A DNA stretch of 35,525 bases from Candidatus Hydrothermia bacterium. GTDB lineage: Bacteria; Hydrothermota; Hydrothermia; LBFQ01; DSFT01. A program made the translations under genes and the position numbers. The DNA lies in contig JAVVGK010000003.1 in NCBI GenBank assembly GCA_032249175.1, positions 1 to 35,525 of the forward strand, read 5' to 3'. The notes beneath the pieces are model-generated. The model did not search any database. It saw only the letters and a program-made list of their open reading frames with translations, and was not told the origin of the DNA. Position 1 is the first letter of the stretch, and each line of letters starts with the position of its first letter. Of the stretch, positions 7,936 to 17,026 are shown piece by piece.

Positions 7936-8559
7936 ATGAGGAAAATCCTTTTTATAACTTTCACCCTCTTGACCATAATTTTTGGATGTAAAAAGAGCGA
8001 ATCTACTTCTCCTACACCACAAGTTCCTAAATACTCTATAAGGGCTGGTGATAGGTGGGTATTTCAAGTGAATAATACTAATGATTCACTTGTTCTTATA
8101 GCAAAATCTGAAACAACGCTTACCATAAATAATAAATCTATAAAGTTTTATCCTATTGCAGATCTTACAGATACACCAAGGATTTATGTAAATGCTTCGG
8201 ATTCTATTCTCTTTGTATTTCCATTATCTAATCATTTGATTTTTTCCAGACTTGTAAGAGCTAATGTAAATGCTGGGGATAGTTGGGAAGATACAACATA
8301 TATTTCTCAGGATACATTAGCTGTTGTAAAAACAAGAGTAGATTCTGTAAATGCTGTTGAGAATGTTCCTGCAGGAAGTTATAATAATGTTATAAAGATA
8401 AATCAAGATTATTATGGCGTGCTCTATAATGTACCTTTTCCTTTTGCCACTTTCAAATTTAGCATAAAGGAGGATGTCATATTTGTTAGAATAATAGTTA
8501 GTTTTTCAAGTGATACTACTGACCTTAAACTCAAAAGCTATCAGAGAGCTTCTCAATAA
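7936..8559 (+). CDS. Hypothetical lipoprotein
   Basis: MRK + hydrophobic stretch + IIFG-C lipobox, Ser/Thr/Pro linker, beta-rich domain with GDSW and VPAGSY motifs. Confidence 0.75.
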   Translation: MRKILFITFTLLTIIFGCKKSESTSPTPQVPKYSIRAGDRWVFQVNNTNDSLVLIAKSETTLTINNKSIKFYPIADLTDTPRIYVNASDSILFVFPLSNHLIFSRLVRANVNAGDSWEDTTYISQDTLAVVKTRVDSVNAVENVPAGSYNNVIKINQDYYGVLYNVPFPFATFKFSIKEDVIFVRIIVSFSSDTTDLKLKSYQRASQ

Positions 8560-8577
8560 GGGGCTTTTGCCCCTTAT
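8556..8577 (+). terminator. Stem-loop at the end of the lipoprotein gene (probable terminator or stabiliser)
   Basis: ATAAGGGGC-TTTT-GCCCCTTAT perfect 9-bp stem over the stop codon; weak U-tract. Confidence 0.6.
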
Positions 8578-8598
8578 GCTTTAAAATTTTAATACTAT

Positions 8599-9009
8599 AT
8601 GAGATTATACATTATTTTATTATTCCTATTTTCTTGCTCAACAGCTGTAATAAATCAACCACCTGGTCATAAAGTTGCTTCTGTTAATCACTTAGAAAAT
8701 GGAAAAAAACAATTGGAGAAAGGACACTGTAAGCAGGCTATTGAGCAATTTGATAAAGCGTTAGAAAAAGACCCTACGAATTTTCAAGCATTATATTGGA
8801 AGGGTGTAGCTCTTGGTATGTGTGGTGATTATTCATCAGCTATAAAAATTTTAGAAATTTCAATTAAATATAAACCTTCAAATATATGGGATGAAAGAAT
8901 TAATATCGCTATAAGTATATGTAATGAAAGGCTATCATCAAAGGGCAGAGGTAAAAAGGCTAAAAGTAGAGACTTTTCTATCGTTCTTAAATGGCTTTGG
9001 GAGCAGTAG
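8599..9009 (+). CDS. TPR-repeat lipoprotein
   Basis: LFS-C lipobox; TPR pattern GHCKQAIEQFDKALEKDPTNFQALYWKGVALG. Confidence 0.8.
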   Translation: MRLYIILLFLFSCSTAVINQPPGHKVASVNHLENGKKQLEKGHCKQAIEQFDKALEKDPTNFQALYWKGVALGMCGDYSSAIKILEISIKYKPSNIWDERINIAISICNERLSSKGRGKKAKSRDFSIVLKWLWEQ

Positions 9010-9060
9010 GCTAAATTTCAGGATTGGTTTATAATTATTAGGCTATAAAATTTTGAAACT

Positions 9061-10581
9061 ATGAAACATAATTTAAGTGTAGCTGAATTATACGAAGAAA
9101 GTATAAAGAAAAATCTTGCCATTCTTTCTAATGATGGAACGCTTGTTGTAGATACAAGACCTTATACAGGCAGATCTCCAAAGGATAAGTTTATTGTATA
9201 TGAAAAAGAAACAAAAGATGATGTTTGGTGGGGTGAGATTAATCAACCTTTTGATGAATCGGATTTTAATAAACTTTTAGAAGAGGTGAAAAATTACTTA
9301 AATACAAAAGATATTTATGTTGAAGATTTGTTTGTTGGAGCAGATGAGAAATATAGATTAAAATTAAGAATTATAACTGAAAGTCCTTGGCATGCATTAT
9401 TTGCTAAAAATATGTTTATAAGACCAAATAAAGGCGATAATTTAGATGTTAATCCAGATATTGTTATTTATCATGCTCCGTTTTTCAAAGCTAAGCCTGA
9501 AATTCATAAAACAAAAAGTGAAGTTTTTATTATCCTTCATCTTTCAAAAAGAATTATTCTAATTGGAGGAACTTTGTATGCAGGTGAAATTAAAAAATCC
9601 GTTTTTACATTTTTAAATTATTACTATCCAAAAGCTAAAAACATTTTATCTATGCATTGTGGTGCAAATATAGGCAAAAATCAAGACACTGCTTTATTTT
9701 TTGGACTTTCAGGAACAGGCAAGACTTCGCTTTCAACAGATCCTGAGCGCCCACTAATAGGAGATGATGAGCATGGGTGGTCAGATGAAGGGATATTTAA
9801 TTTTGAGGGTGGTTGTTATGCGAAAGTAATAAAAATATCAAAGGAAAAAGAACCTGGAATATATAAGGCTTCTACGAGATTTGGAACAATACTTGAAAAT
9901 GTTATATTAAATGAGGACAGAAGTGTTAATTTTGATAGTGATGAAAAAACAGAAAATACAAGGTCAAGTTATCCTATTGATTTTCTTGAAAATGTAAAAT
10001 TAGATGGAAAAGGTTATCATCCCAAAAATATATTTTTACTATCAGCTGATGCCTTTGGTATATTACCGCCAATAGCAAAATTAACAAAAGAACAAGCATT
10101 ATTTTATTTTCTTTCAGGATACACTGCTAAGCTTGCGGGAACTGAAAGAGGTATTAAAGAGCCAACAGCGACATTTTCCGCTTGCTTTGGAGCGCCATTT
10201 TTAGTTTTAAAACCTATTGAATATGCTAAAATGCTTCTTGAAAAAATTGAAAAATATAATCCCAATATATGGCTTGTAAATACTGGTTGGTTTGGAGGAC
10301 CTTATGGTATTGGAAATAGAATTGATATTGTTTTGACAAGAAAAATGATAAATTGGGCTATAAATGATGGTAATGCAGAATTTTATGAATTTCCTATATT
10401 TGGCTTGTTAGTTCCTAAAAAAATTCAAAATATTCCAGATTGGATATTTTATCCACAAAATAGTTGGAAAAATAAAGAAGATTACATTCAAAGCGCCAAA
10501 AAACTTGCCAATATGTTTATTGAAAACATAAAAAAGTTTGATATTGATAGTAAAATTTTAGAAGCTGGTCCAAAATTATGA
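9061..10581 (+). CDS. pckA: Phosphoenolpyruvate carboxykinase (ATP)
   Basis: TGRSPKDKF, YAGEIKKS, MHCGAN, FFGLSGTGKT, LIGDDEHGW, NFEGGCYAK, FSACFGAPF. Confidence 0.97.
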   Translation: MKHNLSVAELYEESIKKNLAILSNDGTLVVDTRPYTGRSPKDKFIVYEKETKDDVWWGEINQPFDESDFNKLLEEVKNYLNTKDIYVEDLFVGADEKYRLKLRIITESPWHALFAKNMFIRPNKGDNLDVNPDIVIYHAPFFKAKPEIHKTKSEVFIILHLSKRIILIGGTLYAGEIKKSVFTFLNYYYPKAKNILSMHCGANIGKNQDTALFFGLSGTGKTSLSTDPERPLIGDDEHGWSDEGIFNFEGGCYAKVIKISKEKEPGIYKASTRFGTILENVILNEDRSVNFDSDEKTENTRSSYPIDFLENVKLDGKGYHPKNIFLLSADAFGILPPIAKLTKEQALFYFLSGYTAKLAGTERGIKEPTATFSACFGAPFLVLKPIEYAKMLLEKIEKYNPNIWLVNTGWFGGPYGIGNRIDIVLTRKMINWAINDGNAEFYEFPIFGLLVPKKIQNIPDWIFYPQNSWKNKEDYIQSAKKLANMFIENIKKFDIDSKILEAGPKL

Positions 10582-11165
10582 AATATCAAAATTTCATTTT
10601 AATAATATCAGGACCATCTGGTAGTGGTAAGACAACAATATGTAAAAAACTTTTAGAATTAGATAAAAATTTATTTTATTCGGTATCTATTACAACAAGA
10701 AAAAAAAGAGAGAATGAAGTTAATGGCATTGATTATATTTTCATTAGCAAGGAAGAATTTTTAGAAATGATAAGGAAAGACGAACTTTTGGAATGGGCTG
10801 AAATTTATGGGAAATTTTATGGAACACCTAAGAAACCAATTTTTGAAAATTTAAATAATGGTAAGGACATAATAATGGATATTGATGTTCAAGGTAAAAG
10901 AAAGATAGAAAGGAATTTTAGAGGTAGGGTAATTAGCGTATTTTTAATACCACCAAGTAAAGAAGCTTTAATTGAGAGATTGAGAAAAAGAGGTGATTTA
11001 AGTGAAGAAGAATTATTTCAAAGGATTTCACTTATTGATATTGAAATGAATTTCAAATGGGAATATGATTATTGGGTTTTAAATGATAATTTGGAAAGAG
11101 CTGTTATGGATGTAAAAAAAATTGTTGATGTTGAAAGGTTAAGAGGAAAATTTATTTTAATTTAG
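10578..11165 (+). CDS. gmk: Guanylate kinase
   Basis: SGPSGSGKTT, SITTRKKRENEVNGIDYIF, LEWAE, YGTP, DIDVQG. Confidence 0.96.
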   Translation: MKYQNFILIISGPSGSGKTTICKKLLELDKNLFYSVSITTRKKRENEVNGIDYIFISKEEFLEMIRKDELLEWAEIYGKFYGTPKKPIFENLNNGKDIIMDIDVQGKRKIERNFRGRVISVFLIPPSKEALIERLRKRGDLSEEELFQRISLIDIEMNFKWEYDYWVLNDNLERAVMDVKKIVDVERLRGKFILI

Positions 11166-11356
11166 TTGGCATAAAAATGGTTAGTGGTCGGTGAAATAAG
11201 GAAAAATAATTTAGTAAATTGCTGATTTTATAGGGGGTTAATGGAGAGCGAAGCCTCCCGAAGCAAGATTGGAGTTTTTAGAGCCATAGGCTTGATTTTA
11301 GGGTGGGTGGGAGAAATATAGAAATAACGATATTTTTAGAATTATTAGACAATCCA
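11166..11356 (+). repeat. Repeat unit D (left part degenerate or mosaic)
   Basis: GGCATAAAAATGG (11168-11180, identical to 23-35), GGAG-A-GC-GAA-GCCTCC, GAGCC-ATA-GGCTT, AGGGTGGGTGGGAGAAAT, right end TTATTAGACAATCCA (11342-11356). Confidence 0.85.
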
Positions 11357-11365
11357 ATAAATCAA

Positions 11366-11474
11366 TGCTTTGCCCAATAAATAATGTTAAGTGATTGGTA
11401 ATCAATAACTTATGAAAATTTTAAAAAATTATAGTTTTTATTGGGGGTTTATTTAAGGGGGCTTGGACAACGCA
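11366..11474 (+). repeat. Repeat unit E (109 bp, internally deleted, both ends kept)
   Basis: Left end TGCTTTGCCCAATAA (11366-11380) 9 bp after unit D; ends ...TTGGACAACGCA (to 11474); hairpin core missing. Confidence 0.8.
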
Positions 11475-11513
11475 CAAATTTTAATTTAACACCCTTTAAA
11501 ATTTTAGAAGCTT

Positions 11514-12134
11514 ATGATTGAACTTTTTCAGAAAGGTGGAATTGTAATGTGGGGACTTTTGGTCCTCGCCATTTTTGCTATTGCTATCATTTTAGAGAGA
11601 TTTATATCACTTTATATTCTTTCATTTACAAACCCCTTAAAGCTTGTTCAAAAGGTTATAGAAATTATTGAGGAGCAAGGTCTTAAAGAGGCTCTTGATT
11701 ATTTATATAATAGACGTTCCCCTCTTGCTAAGGTTTTAGTTGCAGGTCTTGAGAAAGTTCAATTAGGTAAAAGTGCTTTTGAAGATGCTATGATAAGAAA
11801 AGCTATAAGTGAATTATCTTTCCTTGATAGGAATATGATTTATTTGTCTGCTATTACTACAATATCCCCTCTTCTTGGATTTATTGGAACATCAATAGGA
11901 CTTATAAAGGTTTTTAATGCAATAGCTATATCTGGTGAAGTTGAGCCTACACTTGTGGCAGGTGGTATAAGTGAAGCTTTAATAGCAACATTAACATCAT
12001 TTGTTATCGCTGCTCCTTGTGCCTTATTTTATGCTATTTTTACAAATAGAATAAATACATATCAAAAACAGATAGAAGAAGCTTCAAATGCTCTCGTTGA
12101 GTATCTTCTTGAAAAAGGTATCCTTGTTATATGA
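11514..12134 (+). CDS. exbB: MotA/TolQ/ExbB proton channel protein
   Basis: GGIVMW...IILERF, SPLLGFIGT, VAGGISEALIAT. Confidence 0.9.
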   Translation: MIELFQKGGIVMWGLLVLAIFAIAIILERFISLYILSFTNPLKLVQKVIEIIEEQGLKEALDYLYNRRSPLAKVLVAGLEKVQLGKSAFEDAMIRKAISELSFLDRNMIYLSAITTISPLLGFIGTSIGLIKVFNAIAISGEVEPTLVAGGISEALIATLTSFVIAAPCALFYAIFTNRINTYQKQIEEASNALVEYLLEKGILVI

Positions 12135-12628
12135 AAATTTTTAAAGAAGTTAAAACAATTGATTTTAAATTTGATTTTGTTTCATTATCTGTTGCGAATT
12201 TATCTTTTATTATTCTTTCATTTTTTGCCTTAAATATTCCTAAAAAAGAAAAAGGTATATTATTTGCCTTTGAAAAAAAGCCTGCATTTGCCCAATTGCC
12301 TTATCAGATAACAGGTGGTGCTGCAAGAGGAATTCTTTACTCTTATGAAAAATTCCAACTATCTCAAAAATATGAAGTTTCAAATTATATAAAATTTTCT
12401 ATAAATGATAAGGGGGAATTTTTTGTTGAAGATGAGCCTGTTAAAATTGATGAAACTACTTATAAGTTAAAAAATTATCTTACTGAGGATAGCACGAGAT
12501 CAATTTACATTATTATTCATCAAGATGCTTCTTATGAATATCTAATAAAAGCTTTTGATGTAACGATTGAGACTTTCAAGGCTTTAAAATTATCACCTAA
12601 AATCTACATAGGAGTAATAAAAAGGTAA
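12131..12628 (+). CDS. exbD: ExbD/TolR-family protein (divergent, Asn at the expected TM Asp position)
   Basis: N-terminal TM helix, periplasmic ...IYIIIHQDASYEYLIKAFD; located between exbB and tonB. Confidence 0.7.
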   Translation: MKIFKEVKTIDFKFDFVSLSVANLSFIILSFFALNIPKKEKGILFAFEKKPAFAQLPYQITGGAARGILYSYEKFQLSQKYEVSNYIKFSINDKGEFFVEDEPVKIDETTYKLKNYLTEDSTRSIYIIIHQDASYEYLIKAFDVTIETFKALKLSPKIYIGVIKR

Positions 12629-12630
12629 TT

Positions 12631-13038
12631 ATGGCAGTTAAAATAAATTTTCCAAAACGTGAAATTCCTTCAATTTCTTTCGTATCATTAGCCAATTTAG
12701 CGCTTATAATAGCAGTATTTATGGTAATTGTCGTTAAAATTGAGTACTATGAAAAATCAAAAGTTATAAATCTTCCAAAACTAAATAACTCCTTTAAAAT
12801 TCCTACGCAAAGCAAGGTTTCAACAATTTTGATAGTAAATGATAATGAGATATATGCGGAGGGATTTAGAATAAAATCCTTAGATGATTTATCTACTATA
12901 TACTTAATGAAATCTCAAAAGGATATTTCAGTTCTTATTAAGGCTGACAAAAATGTAAAAGTTAATACGATTATTGAAGTTATGGACAAGTTAAGACAGA
13001 TTGGGATAAACAAAATTGCTTTTATAACAGGGGGCTAA
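12631..13038 (+). CDS. exbD: ExbD/TolR-family protein (Asn at the expected TM Asp position)
   Basis: EIPSISFVSLANLALII, INLPK, VLIKADKNVKVNTIIEVMDKLRQIGINKIAF. Confidence 0.85.
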   Translation: MAVKINFPKREIPSISFVSLANLALIIAVFMVIVVKIEYYEKSKVINLPKLNNSFKIPTQSKVSTILIVNDNEIYAEGFRIKSLDDLSTIYLMKSQKDISVLIKADKNVKVNTIIEVMDKLRQIGINKIAFITGG

Positions 13039-13040
13039 AT

Positions 13041-13727
13041 ATGGCAAAATTACCAAAACATTATATTCAAAAGGGTCAAGAAGTTGAAGATTTTTATCTT
13101 CAAAATATTTTCTTTGGTTTTATAATTTCAATTGGAATAATAGCTTTCTTATTTTCAAGTATTAAAAAAATTGAATTTGGAGTATATAAACCATCTCAAC
13201 CTCCAAAGCCTGTCACTATTGAATTTATGCCTGTTATTGGTAGAATAGAGGAGCCTCCTCCACCAATTAAACCAAAAGTGGATATTAAAATCGTTGAAGT
13301 AAAGAAGAAAGAAGTTTCAAATGAAAAAAATCAAGAACTTACAGCTTCTTCTCAAAAATCAGAAGAGAAAGTTGTTGAATCTCCAATACAAAATCCAATA
13401 GAAAACATTCCATTACCTGCTCCTACAAGTGAAGAAGTTTATGAATTCTTTAAAGTTGAAATTAAACCACAAGTTATAAAATCTGTTCCTCCTGAATATC
13501 CTGAATTTGCCAAGAAAGCTGGAATTGAGGGGAGAGTTATAATAAGTGCGGTTGTTGATGAAGAAGGGAATGTTATTGACGCACAAATAGTAAGTTCTAC
13601 AAATAGTATATTCAATGAGTCTGCTTTGAAGGCAGCCTATCAATATAAATTTTCTCCTGCTATGATGAAAGATAAGAAAGTTAAAGTTAAAGTTTTAATA
13701 CCCTTTAATTTTGTTATTAAAAAATGA
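13041..13727 (+). CDS. tonB: Energy transducer TonB
   Basis: N-terminal TM, Pro-rich linker (EEPPPPIKPK), TonB_C domain PEYPEFAKKAGIEGRV...KFSPA. Confidence 0.93.
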   Translation: MAKLPKHYIQKGQEVEDFYLQNIFFGFIISIGIIAFLFSSIKKIEFGVYKPSQPPKPVTIEFMPVIGRIEEPPPPIKPKVDIKIVEVKKKEVSNEKNQELTASSQKSEEKVVESPIQNPIENIPLPAPTSEEVYEFFKVEIKPQVIKSVPPEYPEFAKKAGIEGRVIISAVVDEEGNVIDAQIVSSTNSIFNESALKAAYQYKFSPAMMKDKKVKVKVLIPFNFVIKK

Positions 13728-13728
13728 T

Positions 13729-13764
13729 ATGCTTTAAAATTTTCAAATTGTTTAAAAGGGGGTT
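13729..13764 (+). promoter_or_regulatory. Putative internal promoter (ATGCTTTAAAAT) plus SD for the TBDR operon
   Basis: TAAAAT at 13735-13740, then AAGGGGG shortly before ATG 13765. Confidence 0.55.
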
Positions 13765-16700
13765 ATGAAAATGAAACGATTGTTTATACTTATAACCTTT
13801 ATTTTGGGATTGTTTAACTTCGCTTATGCCCAATATGGTAAAATTATAGGTAAAGTTGTAGATGCTAAAAGCGGACAACCAATTGTTGCTGCTGCTGTTT
13901 ATATAGAAGAGCTTGGTATCGGAACATATACTGATGATAAAGGAGAGTTTGTCTTATTAAGAGTACCACCTGGGACTTATACACTGAAAGTTGAATTTAC
14001 AGGATATTCGCCATTTGTTCTGAAAAATCTTGTAGTTGAAGCTGATAGAACGATAAGTCCTCTTGGTGGTATCATAAAACTTCAAGAAACAGGAGTAGTT
14101 TTACAGGAACAAGTTGTAGTAGCAAGAGAGCCTATTGTTAAGAAGGATTTAACAGCAAGTGTTGATAAAATTAGAAGTGAAAAACTTCAAAGCTTACCTG
14201 TTGCTAATGTAGAGCAAGCACTTCAACTTCAAGCAGGTGTTAGAAGGTATGGAGGACAGTTGCAAATAAGAGGTGGTAGAACAGGTGAGGTTGCTTATGT
14301 TGTTGATGGGGCAGATTTGAGAGATCCTTATGATAATGCTTCAACTCCAAACTTACCACTTAACGCTATTTCAGAAGTTTCTGTAAATAAAGGTGGTTTT
14401 GGTGCTGAGTATGGAAATGCTGCATCTGGCGTTGTTGAGGTTGTTACAAAAGAAGGAACTGATAAATATGAATTTCAATTGAGAGCAAGGACTTCTGACT
14501 TTGGATTTTTAAGCAATTTATATATTGGTTCAAAGAATATTGGGCTTCCTATATATAATTTCTTATCAAGAGGTGAGGGTGATTTTTATGCTAAGTGGTT
14601 TGATAGAAAATATATGGGTAGTTATTATGATCAGATTTTTGGATATGAAATTTTAAGACAAAAGAAATATAGCGAGATGAACTTTAAGAGTGAAGACCCA
14701 TTATTTTCAGATATTAAGCCTTTATATACAGATGGTATGCCATTTCCAACGACATTTTATAATCAAAAGCAAGATTTAAATAGAATTGAATTTACAGCAT
14801 CAGGTCCTATTATTAAAAAGTATTTAAGATTTAGCGGAACAATTGATATCCAAAATTCAAATGGAAGATTTAGTAGATTAAATGCAGGTGAAAGGAACAT
14901 TATGCCCAATAGGAATAATCAATTTAATTATCAAGCAAAGATAACTGCATTGCCAAATCAAAAAATTAAGGTTTTTGGTAGTGTTGTAGGAACAAGGGCA
15001 TTTACATCTTATTGGGAGCCAGAATGGAGAATAGCACCTACTCATTCTGCCTATACTAAAACGGATATACTTGGTTTAATAGGTGGTATAAACTTCTTAA
15101 TTTCTCCTAAGACATATTCAGAAATTAGATATAGTAGATATAGAAATCAGACAATTTGGAATTCATTTGAAGATATAAATATGGATGGAATTGATGATTT
15201 TGCTGACAGGGATAAAAATGGTTATGTTGAAATTGATACTAATGCGTTAAAGAGTAGTGTTCTTGTAGGGAATGAAACTTATTCTTATTATTGCTCTGAT
15301 CTTTTAAATATGATTAGAAATAAACCTGGTTTTGCTAAACCTACCGATATACCAGGTGTTGTAGAACTAAGAGCATTTTGGTGGCAAACACCTATTATTA
15401 ACTGCTATCCTCAACAAAAACGTATTGCTTTAAGATTATTAGTTGGTATTACACCATCAGGTGATACAGTTGCAGTTAGTGATCAGTTGAATGTTCCTAT
15501 AAAGGATACTTTATATAGAATAAGTGGAATAAATATTCCAAATCCACTAAATTATGATAGAACTGCATTTGGTTGGAGATATAATTATACAAATCAATTG
15601 AAGTTTGACTTTGTCCAACAAGATTTTGCGAATCTAAAAGGACATGAATTTAAAACAGGTTTTGAATATAGGACTATAAGATTAAGACAAGATATATGGG
15701 ACTTTGCATCTGGTGGAAATGTTTATCCTTCTGTTGTTGATGCTGATCCAAAGCAATTTGCTTTTTATGTTAGAGATAAAATAGAATTTGAGGGTTTAAT
15801 AGCAAATGTTGGACTTAGGCTTGATTATTTTGATCCTAATGCTTATGTTCCTGCTGATTACGAAATACCTGTTAAGGTTAATGACAATAGCGATTTTGCT
15901 AATCCTGATACCTTAGATGGTGCTTGGACATGGGATAATGGATATGGAATAAGAAGGGATACTCTGAATATAAATAATCCTGTTAAAGTTAAACCTTATT
16001 ATTATATTAGTCCAAGAATTGGCATTTCACATCCAATTAGTGAAAATGATGTTTTACATTTTACTTATGGTCATTATTTCCAAGTTCCACTATTAGCAAG
16101 ATTGTACTCTAATCAATGGTGGATATTTTCAGGTGCCTATCCAAGACAAGGAAATCCCGCTCTAAAACCTGAAAAAACAATTTCTTACGAGCTTGGTATA
16201 AGACATGCATTCAATCCATATATTTACATAGATGTTACTGGTTTTTATAAAGATATTTATGATTTAGTTCAGTCCCAAAGATATGATATGCATGAGATAG
16301 ACCCAATTACAGGTCAAAAAGTTAGAATAGGTAAATGGTACACAGTTTATGTGAATGAAGATTATGCAACAGTTAGAGGAGTTGAGCTTCAGCTTTCAAA
16401 GCAAATTGGAGGAGGTCTTGGAATTTTAAATAATTTATTCTTTGATATTAACTATACATTCCAAGTTGCAAGAGGAAGCTCATCTAATCCTAATAGTAAT
16501 TATTTAAATGAGTACTATGGACTTGCTCCTGGCTTTACACAAGAATTTTATTTAGATTGGGACCAAAGACATGGAATTGTTGTGAATGTTGGATATATGA
16601 TACCATTCATTGCTCAAAGTCCATTTAGAACAGGTTGGGGTGGCTCATTTGTATGGAATTATGGAACAGCACTACCATATTCTCCAGAAATTAGAACACC

Positions 16701-17022
16701 AAGAGATTATCTTGAGCTAACAAATACTTTAAGATTTTATTCTCAATCTGTTGCTAATTTGAATTTATATAAGAGCTTCATTATAAAGGGTTTGGATTTG
16801 AGAATATTTAGTAATGTTTATAATTTATTTAACAATAGAGTTCTTATAACCTATTCCAATCAAACTTATTGGTTTGGCTATGGTCCAAACTCTGATGCCT
16901 GTAGAAATGGTCTTCCTACATGCTTGGGTCAAAGAGCAGCTGAGGGTCCAAATGGTGATATAAGTGTTTATTCATTACCAAGAATAACTGAAATAGGTTT
17001 TGAAATTAACTGGAGGAGGTAA
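13765..17022 (+). CDS. TonB-dependent outer-membrane receptor with N-terminal carboxypeptidase-regulatory-like domain
   Basis: Signal peptide (AYA-Q), GKIIGKVVDAKSGQPI, plug motifs IRGGR and GGFGAEYGNAASGVV, barrel motifs GLRLDYFDP, SPRIGISHPI, GNPALKPEKT, DWDQRH. Confidence 0.93.
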   Translation: MKMKRLFILITFILGLFNFAYAQYGKIIGKVVDAKSGQPIVAAAVYIEELGIGTYTDDKGEFVLLRVPPGTYTLKVEFTGYSPFVLKNLVVEADRTISPLGGIIKLQETGVVLQEQVVVAREPIVKKDLTASVDKIRSEKLQSLPVANVEQALQLQAGVRRYGGQLQIRGGRTGEVAYVVDGADLRDPYDNASTPNLPLNAISEVSVNKGGFGAEYGNAASGVVEVVTKEGTDKYEFQLRARTSDFGFLSNLYIGSKNIGLPIYNFLSRGEGDFYAKWFDRKYMGSYYDQIFGYEILRQKKYSEMNFKSEDPLFSDIKPLYTDGMPFPTTFYNQKQDLNRIEFTASGPIIKKYLRFSGTIDIQNSNGRFSRLNAGERNIMPNRNNQFNYQAKITALPNQKIKVFGSVVGTRAFTSYWEPEWRIAPTHSAYTKTDILGLIGGINFLISPKTYSEIRYSRYRNQTIWNSFEDINMDGIDDFADRDKNGYVEIDTNALKSSVLVGNETYSYYCSDLLNMIRNKPGFAKPTDIPGVVELRAFWWQTPIINCYPQQKRIALRLLVGITPSGDTVAVSDQLNVPIKDTLYRISGINIPNPLNYDRTAFGWRYNYTNQLKFDFVQQDFANLKGHEFKTGFEYRTIRLRQDIWDFASGGNVYPSVVDADPKQFAFYVRDKIEFEGLIANVGLRLDYFDPNAYVPADYEIPVKVNDNSDFANPDTLDGAWTWDNGYGIRRDTLNINNPVKVKPYYYISPRIGISHPISENDVLHFTYGHYFQVPLLARLYSNQWWIFSGAYPRQGNPALKPEKTISYELGIRHAFNPYIYIDVTGFYKDIYDLVQSQRYDMHEIDPITGQKVRIGKWYTVYVNEDYATVRGVELQLSKQIGGGLGILNNLFFDINYTFQVARGSSSNPNSNYLNEYYGLAPGFTQEFYLDWDQRHGIVVNVGYMIPFIAQSPFRTGWGGSFVWNYGTALPYSPEIRTPRDYLELTNTLRFYSQSVANLNLYKSFIIKGLDLRIFSNVYNLFNNRVLITYSNQTYWFGYGPNSDACRNGLPTCLGQRAAEGPNGDISVYSLPRITEIGFEINWRR

Positions 17023-17026
17023 AGCT

